Shown one piece after another: positions 27,200-37,281 of a stretch of 64,000 bases of DNA. The DNA lies in assembly GCA_964291405.2 (NCBI GenBank), contig OZ219926.1:160001-224000 (forward strand), written 5' to 3'. Both the position numbers and the translations under genes were made by a program. Every line of letters begins with the position of its first letter. Position 1 is the stretch's first letter. Under the pieces are notes generated by a model. That model searched no databases and had not been told where the DNA came from. It saw only the letters and a list, made by a program, of their open reading frames with translations. This DNA is from Thermodesulfobacteriota bacterium. Lineage in GTDB: Bacteria; Desulfobacterota; Binatia; Bin18.

Positions 27200-28939
27200 A
27201 TGCAGACGGTCGATACTATTACGGTTGAAGTGATCCACAATTATTTACTGTCCGCTGCCCGTGAGATGAATCGCAACCTGATGCGCACGGCGTACAACAC
27301 GATTGTGTATGAGGTACGGGATTTCGGACTGGGCCTGTATGACCGTCACTGCCGCTTATTGGCTGAAGCGCCGGGGCTGGCGATTTTTACTCGAGCGAAT
27401 GATTACGCGCTCAGAAAAATCGTTGAGTTTCTGGGTGAGGACAATATTCATCCGGGTGACGTGATTTTGCTGAATTATCCGTTCTGGAGTTCGACCCATA
27501 CTCTTGATGTAACGGCTTCATCCCCCATTTTTTATGAGGACCAGTTGGTCGGTTTTACCGCAGTTAAAATTCACTGGCTGGACCTGGACCAGAAAGATGC
27601 CGGTTATTGTCTCGACACTACGGACATGCACCAAGAAGGCTTATTTTTCCCGTGCTCCAAAATCTATAAGCGTGGAGTATTGAATAAAGAACTCGAAGAT
27701 ATCATTCGCTTTAACTGTCGCATGCCCGAGCGGGTCCTGGGCGATATGAACGCCCAGATCTCGTCGTGTCGGACAGGAGAACGACGGGTCCAGGAGCTGG
27801 TTAAGAAGTTTGGTCTTGAAACCTTTACCCAGGCAACGGCACAGATCCTTGACCACGGAGAACGGCTGGCGCGGGCACGTTTGTCTGCCCTGCCCAAAGG
27901 CAGTTGGTCTGCTGAGGACTGGGTGGATGATGACGGGATCGAGAAAGACACCATGCTCAAAATAAAGGCAACCGTGACCATCTCAGAAGACGAGTTGCTG
28001 ATTGATTTTAGTGGCTCTTCCGCCGCGGTCAAAGGTCCGGTGAATATTCCCATCGGGCTCACCATGGGTGTGGGGGCGCTCATATTCAAGGCGATTACAA
28101 CACCGGATACACCGGCCAATGACGGCAACTTCCGTCCGCTGCGAGTTGAGGCGCCGCCGGGCAGCCTGATGCATGCGGTCCCGCCTGCCGCAACGTTTAC
28201 CCTGTGGCCAGGCATCTTGGCGACTGAGGTCGTCACCAAGGCGCTCGCCCAAGGCATACCGGATATTGTGCCCGCCTGTTCGGGGGGAGACCTGTGCTCC
28301 ATGATGGGCGTTGGTACCCACCCCAGCACGGGAAAAATCTGGCTTGAAAGCACGAACGAGGGGGTCGGCTTTGGCGGCCACGTGGGCGGCGATGGTGAAC
28401 ACGGCATTATGCATTTGACAGAACCGGGCTGCCAGAACGTTCCCATTGAAGTCATGGAAACGAAAGCGCCCTTGTTGATCGAACGGTACGGTTTGCGTCA
28501 GGACTCGGGCGGCGCGGGTGAACATCCGGGTGGACTGGGTGTGAGCCGAGCGTATCGATTCCTAGCCGAGGCGTCGGCGTTGACGCTGATCAAAAAGACG
28601 AAAACCCGACCCTGGGGTATGGCGGGCGGTCATACTGGAGAAAATTGTCACGTGATTCTTCGCCCTGGAACAGACCAGGAGCAAACCACCGGGATGGTCT
28701 ATGAAGCTATGGCTCCGGGTGAGGTCCTGGTGAACTGTTCCGGCGGGGGCGGCGGCTGGGGAAATCCGCTGAATCGCGATCCGGAAAAGGTCCTCAACGA
28801 TGTGAGGAGCGAATATATCTCACTGACGAGTGCCAAGCGAGATTATGGCGTCGTTATCGATCCGGACACCTTGACGGTGGAGGCAGCGGCAACCGAGGCA
28901 TTACGGAACGAGAAGAAGACCAGAGCTGGGACGCCGTGA
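27200..28939 (+). CDS. Hydantoinase B / oxoprolinase-like subunit
   Basis: H.LD, HWLD, QEG, PIEVME, DSGGAG..PGGLG, GGGGWGNP. Confidence 0.93.
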   Translation: MQTVDTITVEVIHNYLLSAAREMNRNLMRTAYNTIVYEVRDFGLGLYDRHCRLLAEAPGLAIFTRANDYALRKIVEFLGEDNIHPGDVILLNYPFWSSTHTLDVTASSPIFYEDQLVGFTAVKIHWLDLDQKDAGYCLDTTDMHQEGLFFPCSKIYKRGVLNKELEDIIRFNCRMPERVLGDMNAQISSCRTGERRVQELVKKFGLETFTQATAQILDHGERLARARLSALPKGSWSAEDWVDDDGIEKDTMLKIKATVTISEDELLIDFSGSSAAVKGPVNIPIGLTMGVGALIFKAITTPDTPANDGNFRPLRVEAPPGSLMHAVPPAATFTLWPGILATEVVTKALAQGIPDIVPACSGGDLCSMMGVGTHPSTGKIWLESTNEGVGFGGHVGGDGEHGIMHLTEPGCQNVPIEVMETKAPLLIERYGLRQDSGGAGEHPGGLGVSRAYRFLAEASALTLIKKTKTRPWGMAGGHTGENCHVILRPGTDQEQTTGMVYEAMAPGEVLVNCSGGGGGWGNPLNRDPEKVLNDVRSEYISLTSAKRDYGVVIDPDTLTVEAAATEALRNEKKTRAGTP

Positions 28940-28968
28940 CGCGAAGACCCTCGCTGCATTCTTTCCCC

Positions 28969-29442
28969 TTAGCCGTCTTCGGACGGCTTTACCAAACGGC
29001 GTCGGCGGGCGGTCAGGAGAGACTCAAACGCCGCCCTGACCTCAGGATTATCTATAGGCGGAATAGTGGCATCACGAAACTGCGGCAGTGTCCGTTGCGG
29101 AGAGGACAGTGTCGCGGCATCCTCCTGTCGTATAGGCCCCCGCCCAAAATAGATATGCGTAATCACCTCTGCCCCAATGAGGTGATTCAGTCGGCGGCGG
29201 ATACGCTCTTTCACAAAGTGTAAATCTTGCATCAGGGCGGGATGCAAGACTGTCACAAAGAGTTTTCCATTCCGAAACCTGGTCGGTTGCGCCTTTTCTG
29301 CATTGGCCGGACCCACCACCTCAGGCCACACTTCCCAGGCCCGATACACACGCAGTTTTTCAGGGTCGGCACTGTCAGGAAAAACCGTTCGTAAGACCCC
29401 AGCAACGGAATTCCAGTACGAATTCTTGGGCTGACTTCCCAT
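28969..29442 (-). CDS. DUF721 / DciA-family protein
   Basis: W.EVVGP..AEKAQP..FRNGKLFVTV..PALMQDL; start refined to ATG 29442. Confidence 0.8.
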   Translation of the reverse strand: MGSQPKNSYWNSVAGVLRTVFPDSADPEKLRVYRAWEVWPEVVGPANAEKAQPTRFRNGKLFVTVLHPALMQDLHFVKERIRRRLNHLIGAEVITHIYFGRGPIRQEDAATLSSPQRTLPQFRDATIPPIDNPEVRAAFESLLTARRRRLVKPSEDG

Positions 29443-29523
29443 CTTGGTACCAGGATAGGACAAAATTCTCGAAAACAGAAGGGATTTTTCACCTACCAGG
29501 GCTTGGGCTGCAAGGAACTTGAC

Positions 29524-29539
29524 ACACAAGATATAGTAT
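29524..29539 (+). promoter_or_regulatory. NrdR box
   Basis: ACACAAGATATAGTAT matches the acaCwAtATaTwGtgt consensus; lies about 60 bp upstream of nrdJ next to a TTGACA hexamer (29519-29524). Confidence 0.75.
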
Positions 29540-29601
29540 GCAATTCAGTTTTCTTGTCCTTTATTCTTTAACGTTTTGTTGAGTGGGGAGAGGAGGAGGC
29601 C

Positions 29602-32457
29602 ATGGCAGCGAAGGTGCGGAGGGAAGAGCGGACGGAGGAAACAGCCAAGGCAGATGGGGGACCCGTGGCAGAACAATCCAAACGACAAGCGGTCCAGAAA
29701 AGCACAGGTCTGACGATTCAGCGGCATTTCACCAGGCCGAACGTCGATCCGTTCGATGCGGTTGAATGGGAAAAGCGGAGTGCCGTGATATCGGGTGAAA
29801 ACGGAGAGGTGGTTTTTGAACAACACGAAGTCGATATCCCGAAATCCTGGTCTCAGCTCGCGACCAATGTTGTGGTTTCAAAATATTTTCGAGGGCCGCT
29901 CGGGACCCCACAGCGAGAGTCCAGCGTTCGCCAGATGATCGGGCGCGTGGTCAACACGATTACCACCTGGGGGAAGCAGGGCAGCTATTTTGCCAGTGCA
30001 GACGACGCGCAGGCTTTTTCAGACGAATTAACCTATTTACTTGTCCAGCAAAAATTGGCCTTTAATAGCCCAGTCTGGTTCAACGTCGGCGTCGAACCCC
30101 ACCCCCAATGTTCGGCGTGTTTTATTCTTTCAGTCGACGACACAATGGACTCCATCCTGGATTGGTATCGCAGGGAAGGGGTCATTTTTAAGGGCGGCTC
30201 AGGGTCGGGTGTCAATCTGTCCGCAATCCGCTCGTCAAAAGAGCAGTTAGGTGGCGGAGGAACGGCGTCGGGGCCGGTTTCTTTTATGCGGGCCGCAGAC
30301 GCCTCTGCTGGGGTCATCAAGTCCGGCGGGAAAACGCGTAGAGCCGCGAAAATGGTGGTCCTCAATGCTGACCATCCGGACATTGTCGAGTTTATTCAGT
30401 GTAAGGCCGAGGAGGAGAAAAAAGCCTGGACCTTGATTGAGGCCGGCTATGACGGCTCCATCGACGGAGATGCGTATAGCTCTATTTTCTTCCAGAATGC
30501 CAACAACTCGGTCCGGGCCACGAATGGCTTTATGCAGGCCGTGGTGAATAATGCCGAGTGGCAAACACATTTTGTCCTGACCGGTGACCCGTGCACGTCC
30601 TATCAGGCGCGCGACCTTATGCATATGATCGCCACGGCAACGCATCACTGTGGCGATCCGGGTATGCAGTTCGATACTACCATTAATGACTGGCATACCT
30701 GTCCGAATACCGGTCGGATTAATGCCTCGAACCCGTGCTCGGAGTATATGCATCTCGACGATAGCGCCTGTAATTTAGCCTCGCTCAATCTGCTGAAATT
30801 CCTCAAAGACGACGGGAGCTTTGACACCGCTGCGTTTAAGCACGCCGTTGAGATCAGTATCACGGCACAGGACATCATCGTCGATAATTCCAGCTATCCA
30901 ACGGAGGAAATCACCGCCAATGCCAAGGCGTTTCGTGAACTCGGCCTCGGCTATGCCAACCTCGGTGCCCTCCTGATGTCCCTCGGCCTACCCTATGATT
31001 CAGAGGCCGGACGGCAGTACGCCGGCGCGCTCACTGCCCTGATGACGGGCCAAGCTTATCTGCAGTCGGCCCGTCTTGCAGAAGAGATTGGACCTTTCTC
31101 CGGGTATGCGAAAAACAGTAAGCCTATGCTGAAAGTGATCGACAAGCACCGCTCCTATGCGTATAAGCTGGACCCCGCCCTCGTTCCGCTTGATCTGCTG
31201 TCGGACGCGCGTAGGGCCTGGGACGAAGCCTTGCTGTTGGGACAAGCCGCTGGCTATCGCAACTCGCAAGCGAGCGTATTAGCCCCAACCGGTACCATCG
31301 CTTTCATGATGGACTGTGACACCACCGGCGTTGAACCTGATATCGCCCTGGTCAAATACAAACGCCTAGTCGGCGGCGGCATGCTCAAGATCGTGAACAA
31401 TACAGTTCCCCGCTCCCTCAAACGGCTCGGCTACGACAGCAAAGAGATCCAGTCCATTGTGGAATATATCGACGAGCATGAAACGATTGAGGGCTCTCCC
31501 TATTTACGTGACGAACACCTCAACGTATTTGACTGTGCATTTAAGCCGGCGAATGGGAGTCGGACGATTCATCATTTAGGCCATTTGCGCATGATGGGTG
31601 CGGTCCAGCCCTTTATTTCCGGGGCAATCTCAAAAACGATCAATATGCCCAATGATGCCACAGTCGAAGACATCACCCATGCCTATATCGAGGCCTGGAA
31701 GCTCGAACTGAAGGCCGTCGCTATTTATCGGGATGGCTGCAAGCGGGTTCAGCCCCTCGGAACACAGAAGCAGTCACCTCAATCAGGACAGCAAACCGAC
31801 CAGACCGTCGCTCCTGCTGAGCCAAAACCGACCCGCAGGCATTTACCGGAAGACCGGAGTGCAATCTGTCACAAATTCGAGATTGCTGGGCATGAAGGCT
31901 ATATTCACATCGGCTTTTATGAGGACGGGACGCCGGGTGAAATGTTCATTCGGATGGCGAAAGAAGGCAGCACGATTTCAGGCTTAATGGACACGATAGC
32001 CACTCTGACCTCGGTCTCGTTGCAGTATGGCGTGCCGCTCGAAGCCTTGGTCTCTAAATTCAGCCACGTCCGCTTTGAGCCGTCAGGCTTCACGCGGAAT
32101 CCCGATATTCCGTTTGCGAAATCCTTGACGGATTATATCTTCCGCTTTCTGGGAACCCGTTTCTTGTCTACAGAGCAAAAACAGGGAGCTGGGTTAGCCG
32201 AGACGGGGACCGACCACCTTCAGACAGAGGCTCATACGCCAGCACCTGTCGCATCAGTGGAACACGTCGAAGAGACACCACCTGCGGCTATTGATGAGCG
32301 TACACAACAACCACCAGTTGATACCTCCTCCTATACCCGCCCGACTTGGCAGACCCAAGCCGACGCGCCAAGTTGTGCGGACTGTGGCTCAATTATGATC
32401 CGAAATGGGTCGTGCTATAAGTGCTTGGATTGTGGTTCAACAAGCGGCTGTTCGTAG
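29602..32457 (+). CDS. nrdJ: Class II (adenosylcobalamin-dependent) ribonucleotide reductase
   Basis: FNSPVWFN, QCSACF, SNPCSEY, CNLASLN, APTGTI, SKTINM, C-terminal CxxC..CxxC..GCS. Confidence 0.95.
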   Translation: MAAKVRREERTEETAKADGGPVAEQSKRQAVQKSTGLTIQRHFTRPNVDPFDAVEWEKRSAVISGENGEVVFEQHEVDIPKSWSQLATNVVVSKYFRGPLGTPQRESSVRQMIGRVVNTITTWGKQGSYFASADDAQAFSDELTYLLVQQKLAFNSPVWFNVGVEPHPQCSACFILSVDDTMDSILDWYRREGVIFKGGSGSGVNLSAIRSSKEQLGGGGTASGPVSFMRAADASAGVIKSGGKTRRAAKMVVLNADHPDIVEFIQCKAEEEKKAWTLIEAGYDGSIDGDAYSSIFFQNANNSVRATNGFMQAVVNNAEWQTHFVLTGDPCTSYQARDLMHMIATATHHCGDPGMQFDTTINDWHTCPNTGRINASNPCSEYMHLDDSACNLASLNLLKFLKDDGSFDTAAFKHAVEISITAQDIIVDNSSYPTEEITANAKAFRELGLGYANLGALLMSLGLPYDSEAGRQYAGALTALMTGQAYLQSARLAEEIGPFSGYAKNSKPMLKVIDKHRSYAYKLDPALVPLDLLSDARRAWDEALLLGQAAGYRNSQASVLAPTGTIAFMMDCDTTGVEPDIALVKYKRLVGGGMLKIVNNTVPRSLKRLGYDSKEIQSIVEYIDEHETIEGSPYLRDEHLNVFDCAFKPANGSRTIHHLGHLRMMGAVQPFISGAISKTINMPNDATVEDITHAYIEAWKLELKAVAIYRDGCKRVQPLGTQKQSPQSGQQTDQTVAPAEPKPTRRHLPEDRSAICHKFEIAGHEGYIHIGFYEDGTPGEMFIRMAKEGSTISGLMDTIATLTSVSLQYGVPLEALVSKFSHVRFEPSGFTRNPDIPFAKSLTDYIFRFLGTRFLSTEQKQGAGLAETGTDHLQTEAHTPAPVASVEHVEETPPAAIDERTQQPPVDTSSYTRPTWQTQADAPSCADCGSIMIRNGSCYKCLDCGSTSGCS

Positions 32458-32564
32458 ACTTTGTCCAGCGGGGGAGAGAATCCGGTGTGGGGAAAGGGAG
32501 GCAAGGGGCAGCATAATGAGGGAAATGAGGATGCCTCTCTGTGATGGGCCGGTATCAAACCGGG

Positions 32565-32830
32565 CGGGGCGCTGTATAGCGCCCCGCGGTTGGCCTCGGT
32601 CGAGGTAAGTCGATTTTTTGAATACGACTCCACTGAGCGTAGGCCGGTTCAACCGTAGCCTATGAGGATCACAGTCTCGCTCATAGCCCGAGCCTGATCG
32701 GTTCCCGGCTACGCGTTAATTACTCAGCGTCACCGGCATCGGGATAGGATAGGCATACGAAATGCCATAAATCAGATGCGGACCTGCGGACTTTGCCATT
32801 TTCATTTCTTTTGGCTTGGTCCGCGGGGAA
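32565..32830. ncRNA. Candidate structured non-coding RNA (family not recognised)
   Basis: Dense nested stems in a 480-bp convergent intergenic region, including a 95-nt rod (32633-32727); see finding. Confidence 0.4.
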
Positions 32831-32937
32831 ATGTGTAAGACAAAGCCGTTTTTTGCTGTCAAAAGGCGCTGCTGCCTATGCGATTTCTTTCCTGAAGGCT
32901 GCATAGTGTGTAAGCGGATTCTTTTGGTATGTCTGGA

Positions 32938-33201
32938 CTAGTGGCCAACCTCTTTGGCTAATCCTGGAGAGCTGGTCTCCTCAGCCTGATCAAGTAAATA
33001 ACCGAGTTCCCGCAGCCCTTCATTCATATGGTAGGCTACGGACAAGAGGGAGCCATAGGTATCCTCATCCGGATCATACAATTTGAGGTGATCGTTGATG
33101 ACACACAGGAGCTCCCGCATCTGCTCTTCAGCATGTATGAGATGCTCACATGGAGCCAGCGCCTCCTCCGTCTCATTGAGCAGTGTTGCCATAGCTTGCA
33201 T
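32938..33201 (-). CDS. Small acidic helical hypothetical protein
   Basis: 87-aa ORF with protein-like amphipathic helices filling an otherwise empty gap. Confidence 0.55.
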   Translation of the reverse strand: MQAMATLLNETEEALAPCEHLIHAEEQMRELLCVINDHLKLYDPDEDTYGSLLSVAYHMNEGLRELGYLLDQAEETSSPGLAKEVGH

Positions 33202-33349
33202 TGTAGCCGACCTGCTACGTGTCGCCTAGTGGGAGACATATTTCCCCAACCTCTACGCAGTGGTCTTGACTCATAGGGGAAAAAAGAGCTCTGATATTAT
33301 TCATAATGGATGCTGTACTAGACTTACAGTAAGGCATATTGGAGGCATT

Positions 33350-34165
33350 GTGAGACGCATATATATGGGCCTATTGGCCCTCGTCGTAAGCTTTAGCCCT
33401 GCTGAGCCACTCGCAGCGGATCCCCAAGATTATATTGACAGCGGACGTAAATTCGAGAACGAGATGCGCTGGGGTGAGGCCATGGCCGAGTACCACTGGA
33501 TTCTCACCGAAATTGACGAGAACCATGTAGAGGCACACTATCGTCTCGGCGTTGTTCGCGAAAAAGTTGGTGCAATGGAAGACGCCATTCAATCCTACAA
33601 AACCGTCCTGCAACTCAACCCCAGCCACCCTGGGGCAAAGAGTTTTCTTGAAGGATACTATGTGAACGAAGGGATTGCGTTTCGCCGAGAACAGCAATTT
33701 GACAAGGCCAGGGCCGCATTCCAGCAGGCACTCCAGATTAATAGCTCATCGGCAGCCGCCCATTTTGAGTTAGGCCAGGAGTTCGCGCGCCAGGGACAAC
33801 TCGATCAAGCGATACAGGAATATCGGGAATCGATTCGGCTCGATCCAAGTAAGAGTACCGCCCATACTCGCCTGGCCGCGGCGTACACAGAAAAAGGGCA
33901 ATACGAACAGGCCATTCAGGCTTACCAGGAGGTCATCAAACAGCATCCCCGGGACCCTGCTGCGCACGATGGACTCGGCGTTGCGTACAGTAAAACCGGG
34001 CAGCGAGAGAGAGCCATAGAAACGCTCGGACAAGCGGTTCGGTTTTATCTCGTTCGAGGAGAACGTGAACAGGCCAGGCCAGCCTATGAGCTCCAAAAGA
34101 AACTGTTAGCGGAAAAAAATTCGGGAAAGAAGTCAGATATCGGGCAATCGCCTTCACCCCGATAG
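33350..34165 (+). CDS. Tetratricopeptide repeat protein, exported
   Basis: Repeated AH..LG..Y...G....AI..Y...L..P units; GTG start behind GGAGG; signal peptide. Confidence 0.88.
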   Translation: MRRIYMGLLALVVSFSPAEPLAADPQDYIDSGRKFENEMRWGEAMAEYHWILTEIDENHVEAHYRLGVVREKVGAMEDAIQSYKTVLQLNPSHPGAKSFLEGYYVNEGIAFRREQQFDKARAAFQQALQINSSSAAAHFELGQEFARQGQLDQAIQEYRESIRLDPSKSTAHTRLAAAYTEKGQYEQAIQAYQEVIKQHPRDPAAHDGLGVAYSKTGQRERAIETLGQAVRFYLVRGEREQARPAYELQKKLLAEKNSGKKSDIGQSPSPR

Positions 34166-34918
34166 ATCCACCGTATCCAGCCTTGGGAAGAATGTCCGGC
34201 ATACGCGCGAGATCGTTTCGGCAGCCCGCTTTCGGCATTGCTGGAGTCGGACGAAAAACGGCAGATGTTGCGGATGGGTTGCGATATGGGTCACCGCTTT
34301 GGAGAGTCGGATTTTTCCCTCCGCGGTTGTGACCCCTTTCATAGGTGGAATGGCCATATCAACCGAATCCAGAATAACGCGCAGAACTAAAAATGGCAAC
34401 GTGCGCTCGACAGCAAAGGCAGCGTGTACGCCACTCTCCATCTCAACGGCAATACAATCTGTCTCTCGTCCTCGCTTTTCTTTTTCCTGTCGAGTAAAGA
34501 GGACACGGGGACTCGTGACTATTCCCCCTTCAATCGTTTCTACGCCTGCCCGCTGGGCGGCGTCCCGAGCAGCGCCGAGTAGACGACTATCGACGCCAAA
34601 CGTATCGAGCTGTCCTTCCGGCTCTTCGGTATACATACGCAAAGCCGGAGGCAGAACAAGCTGGCCGGCGGTGAGCCCTGGAATTAACGCCCCAGCGCAA
34701 CCGATAGAGAGCACAGCCGAAAGCGGTGTATTCGTAAATTCTTTAACCGTCTGACGAGCCCGGCGCGGACCTATCCCCCCGGTAACAATAAGAATATCCC
34801 GCCGCCCACTTGAGCCGCGCCAGACTCCCTCCCTCTCTCGCCTTACTTGCCGCAACACCGAACGCACAGCTGCGCTTTCCCAGGCAAGCGCGGTAAAGAC
34901 AACGATAGGCCGTGTCAT
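34154..34918 (-). CDS. hpnG: Nucleoside phosphorylase, hopanoid-associated HpnG-like
   Basis: TGGIG, SIGCAGAL.PGL, AVEMES, LRVILD; follows hpnA and hpnB. Confidence 0.72.
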   Translation of the reverse strand: MTRPIVVFTALAWESAAVRSVLRQVRREREGVWRGSSGRRDILIVTGGIGPRRARQTVKEFTNTPLSAVLSIGCAGALIPGLTAGQLVLPPALRMYTEEPEGQLDTFGVDSRLLGAARDAAQRAGVETIEGGIVTSPRVLFTRQEKEKRGRETDCIAVEMESGVHAAFAVERTLPFLVLRVILDSVDMAIPPMKGVTTAEGKIRLSKAVTHIATHPQHLPFFVRLQQCRKRAAETISRVCRTFFPRLDTVDLSG

Positions 34919-34948
34919 GCTGACCCCTGTCCAAACGCGTTCCGTAAC

Positions 34949-36157
34949 CTAACGCCAGTCAACGCGTTTTTTCCGTAAGTGGCGAAATGCCGAATCGAGT
35001 GTCATCGCTTCATAAAGCATTGCGGCCAACGGCAGGCTGAAGCCCCAGACGCTACGTAAATCAAAAAAACGAACGGCAGGAAGATACACCATGGTCATCA
35101 GTCCCCAGGCGATTCCTCCTTCGAGCATCAAAAGGAGAGCCAGCCGCGCCGAAACCTCGACATCAACAACTGATGGAAGACCGAAAAACACGAGGCCACA
35201 AAGAAAAAAGAGAGGGGGGAGACCAAATGCAACGGCTAGACCGACAACAGTGCCAATGAGCCGGAGCCAGGAATAATTGAGCTCGGTAAAGGCAGTTCGT
35301 CGGACCATGTGCCAGATACTGTCTACTGTATCGTAGACACGCAGGCTTTTGACGGCAGTGCGACTCAGGCAGAGCCGAATCGGGAGCCCTACCTCCTTCA
35401 CCAGTTGGCCAAGGGTCACATCGTCTATGATCTGGTTCCGCAAAGTCTGAAATCCACCAATGCTGATGAGGGCCTGTGAGGAGAGCAAAGCACATCCGCC
35501 AGCCGATGCGGCAGTTGTTTTCCGGGGGTCATTTACCCAACGCAGGGGATACAACAGGATAAAAAAGAAGACAAAGGGCGGGATGAGCAGGCGTTCGGCA
35601 AAGGACGCACAACGCAGACGAGCCATCCGACTATTGAGCGCGAGTTGCTCAGCCTCACTTTCTGTCACCAAGTGCCGAAGAGAATCGGGGGCATGCCAAA
35701 TGTCGGCATCGGTCAGAAGAAGATAGTCGGGAAGGCCCTCAGTCGAGCCCGGTGCAAAGCCACACGCCACGGCTCCTTGCTGGAGCGCCCACACCTTGCC
35801 GACCCAACCGGCTGGAAGCGCTGTCCCTGAAACAACACGCAGGCGGTCTGTGGCCTGGGCGTGCTCAGCAATTGCAGCAGCAACGATCGCGGTCTGATCT
35901 TGGGAGCGATCATCAATAACGCTCACTGAAAATGGCCCTGGGTAGTCTTGATTCAACAGAGAGGGCAGCGTCTCGCGCAATATCGGTGCTTCGTTTCTGG
36001 CTGGGATTAAGACCTGAACAGATGGCCATTCATATGGCTCAAGAGGTAAAATATTGTTCTCTCCAACAGGACGAAAATCCCACGGACGGGCCGGATGTAG
36101 CGCTATGCCAACCCAAATGAGCAGAGCAAGCGCCCCGAACACGAGACAAATTGCCAC
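34949..36157 (-). CDS. hpnB: Hopene-associated glycosyltransferase
   Basis: IPARNEA, DDRSQD, GWVGKVWAL, TDADI, IIDD, MVRRTAFTEL.YS. Confidence 0.88.
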   Translation of the reverse strand: MAICLVFGALALLIWVGIALHPARPWDFRPVGENNILPLEPYEWPSVQVLIPARNEAPILRETLPSLLNQDYPGPFSVSVIDDRSQDQTAIVAAAIAEHAQATDRLRVVSGTALPAGWVGKVWALQQGAVACGFAPGSTEGLPDYLLLTDADIWHAPDSLRHLVTESEAEQLALNSRMARLRCASFAERLLIPPFVFFFILLYPLRWVNDPRKTTAASAGGCALLSSQALISIGGFQTLRNQIIDDVTLGQLVKEVGLPIRLCLSRTAVKSLRVYDTVDSIWHMVRRTAFTELNYSWLRLIGTVVGLAVAFGLPPLFFLCGLVFFGLPSVVDVEVSARLALLLMLEGGIAWGLMTMVYLPAVRFFDLRSVWGFSLPLAAMLYEAMTLDSAFRHLRKKRVDWR

Positions 36158-36187
36158 ACCTTTCTCCTAGAGGGATGGTGTCGCCCC

Positions 36188-37180
36188 CTACCCTTTCACA
36201 TAGCCGTGGGCGCGAAACCACATAATGGCCTTGCGGAAGGCTTCACGTACGGGAGTCTGCGGGAGTCCTAATTCACGGATAGCCTTGGCCGGACTGAAAA
36301 ACATTTTTTTCCTGCTCAGTCGGACTCCAACGGGAGGAGCAAAAGGTTCGCGGCCGGGAATAAGACGGGCGAGTGCAGCATCACCATAGGCAACCCCTAA
36401 GGCGAGCGTATACGGGACCTTAAAGCGAGGCGCTGGACGGCCGGTGAGTTCAGCGAGGAGTTGGAGGATCTGCCGGAGTGTCAGGTTCTCATTACCGAGA
36501 ATGTATTTTTCTCCTGTTTTTCCATGGGTTGCAGCCAAGAGATGGCCCTGAGCCACATCCTCAACGTCGACCACGTTTAACCCAGTGTCCACATAGCCCG
36601 GCATGTTTCCGTTCAGGAAATCCACAACCAGCTTACCGGTGGGAGTGGGCTTGATATCACCTCCACCAACGGGGGTACTCGGGTTCACGATAACAAGAGG
36701 CAGACCGTCTTGGGCATATTGCAGTGCGACTTGTTCGGCCAGGAATTTACTCCGTTTGTAATGCCCGACCATATCAGCGAGACGAACCGGAGTGTCTTCC
36801 GTGCCTTGATCGCCATCATTCGGAATACCGAGCGTCGCGACGGAACTCGTGTACACGATTTTTTCCACCCCGACCTCGCGCGCCGCGCGTAAAATATTCT
36901 CCGTGCCGAGGACATTACAGTCATACATGTCTTGTTTACGACGGACCCATAATTTGTACAGCGCGGCAACATGATAGACTTGGTGACAGCCGTGGGTCGC
37001 CTGAAGGACGCTCTGATAATCCCGCACATCGCCGGTAACGATATCGACCGGGAGATCTTTCACCAAATCGGTATTTGCCGTCTGGCGCATGAGGACGCGG
37101 ACGTGTGCACGGGCCTGAACGAGTGCACGGGCAACCGCTCCACCAACAAAACCGGACGCGCCAGTTACCAACACGGGCAT
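36188..37180 (-). CDS. hpnA: Hopanoid-associated sugar epimerase/dehydratase
   Basis: VTGASGFVG, HVAALY.LW, GHYKRSK, NPSTPVG..DIKPTPTG. Confidence 0.92.
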   Translation of the reverse strand: MPVLVTGASGFVGGAVARALVQARAHVRVLMRQTANTDLVKDLPVDIVTGDVRDYQSVLQATHGCHQVYHVAALYKLWVRRKQDMYDCNVLGTENILRAAREVGVEKIVYTSSVATLGIPNDGDQGTEDTPVRLADMVGHYKRSKFLAEQVALQYAQDGLPLVIVNPSTPVGGGDIKPTPTGKLVVDFLNGNMPGYVDTGLNVVDVEDVAQGHLLAATHGKTGEKYILGNENLTLRQILQLLAELTGRPAPRFKVPYTLALGVAYGDAALARLIPGREPFAPPVGVRLSRKKMFFSPAKAIRELGLPQTPVREAFRKAIMWFRAHGYVKG

Positions 37181-37281
37181 AGCCTCCTCCCGTAAATTGC
37201 TTGCCATCAGGTGTCAAGGGTATAGGTTCACCGGCTTGTGTCTGTTATGAGAAGAAAAGCTTTTTTGTGAGGAGGCAGGCT

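Noticed and set aside
32460-32937. Cobalamin riboswitch, tmRNA or tRNA near nrdJ
   Set aside because: The region is downstream of nrdJ; no B12-box, tag reading frame, T-arm or CCA end was recognised. The short ORFs here (32405-32904) look spurious.
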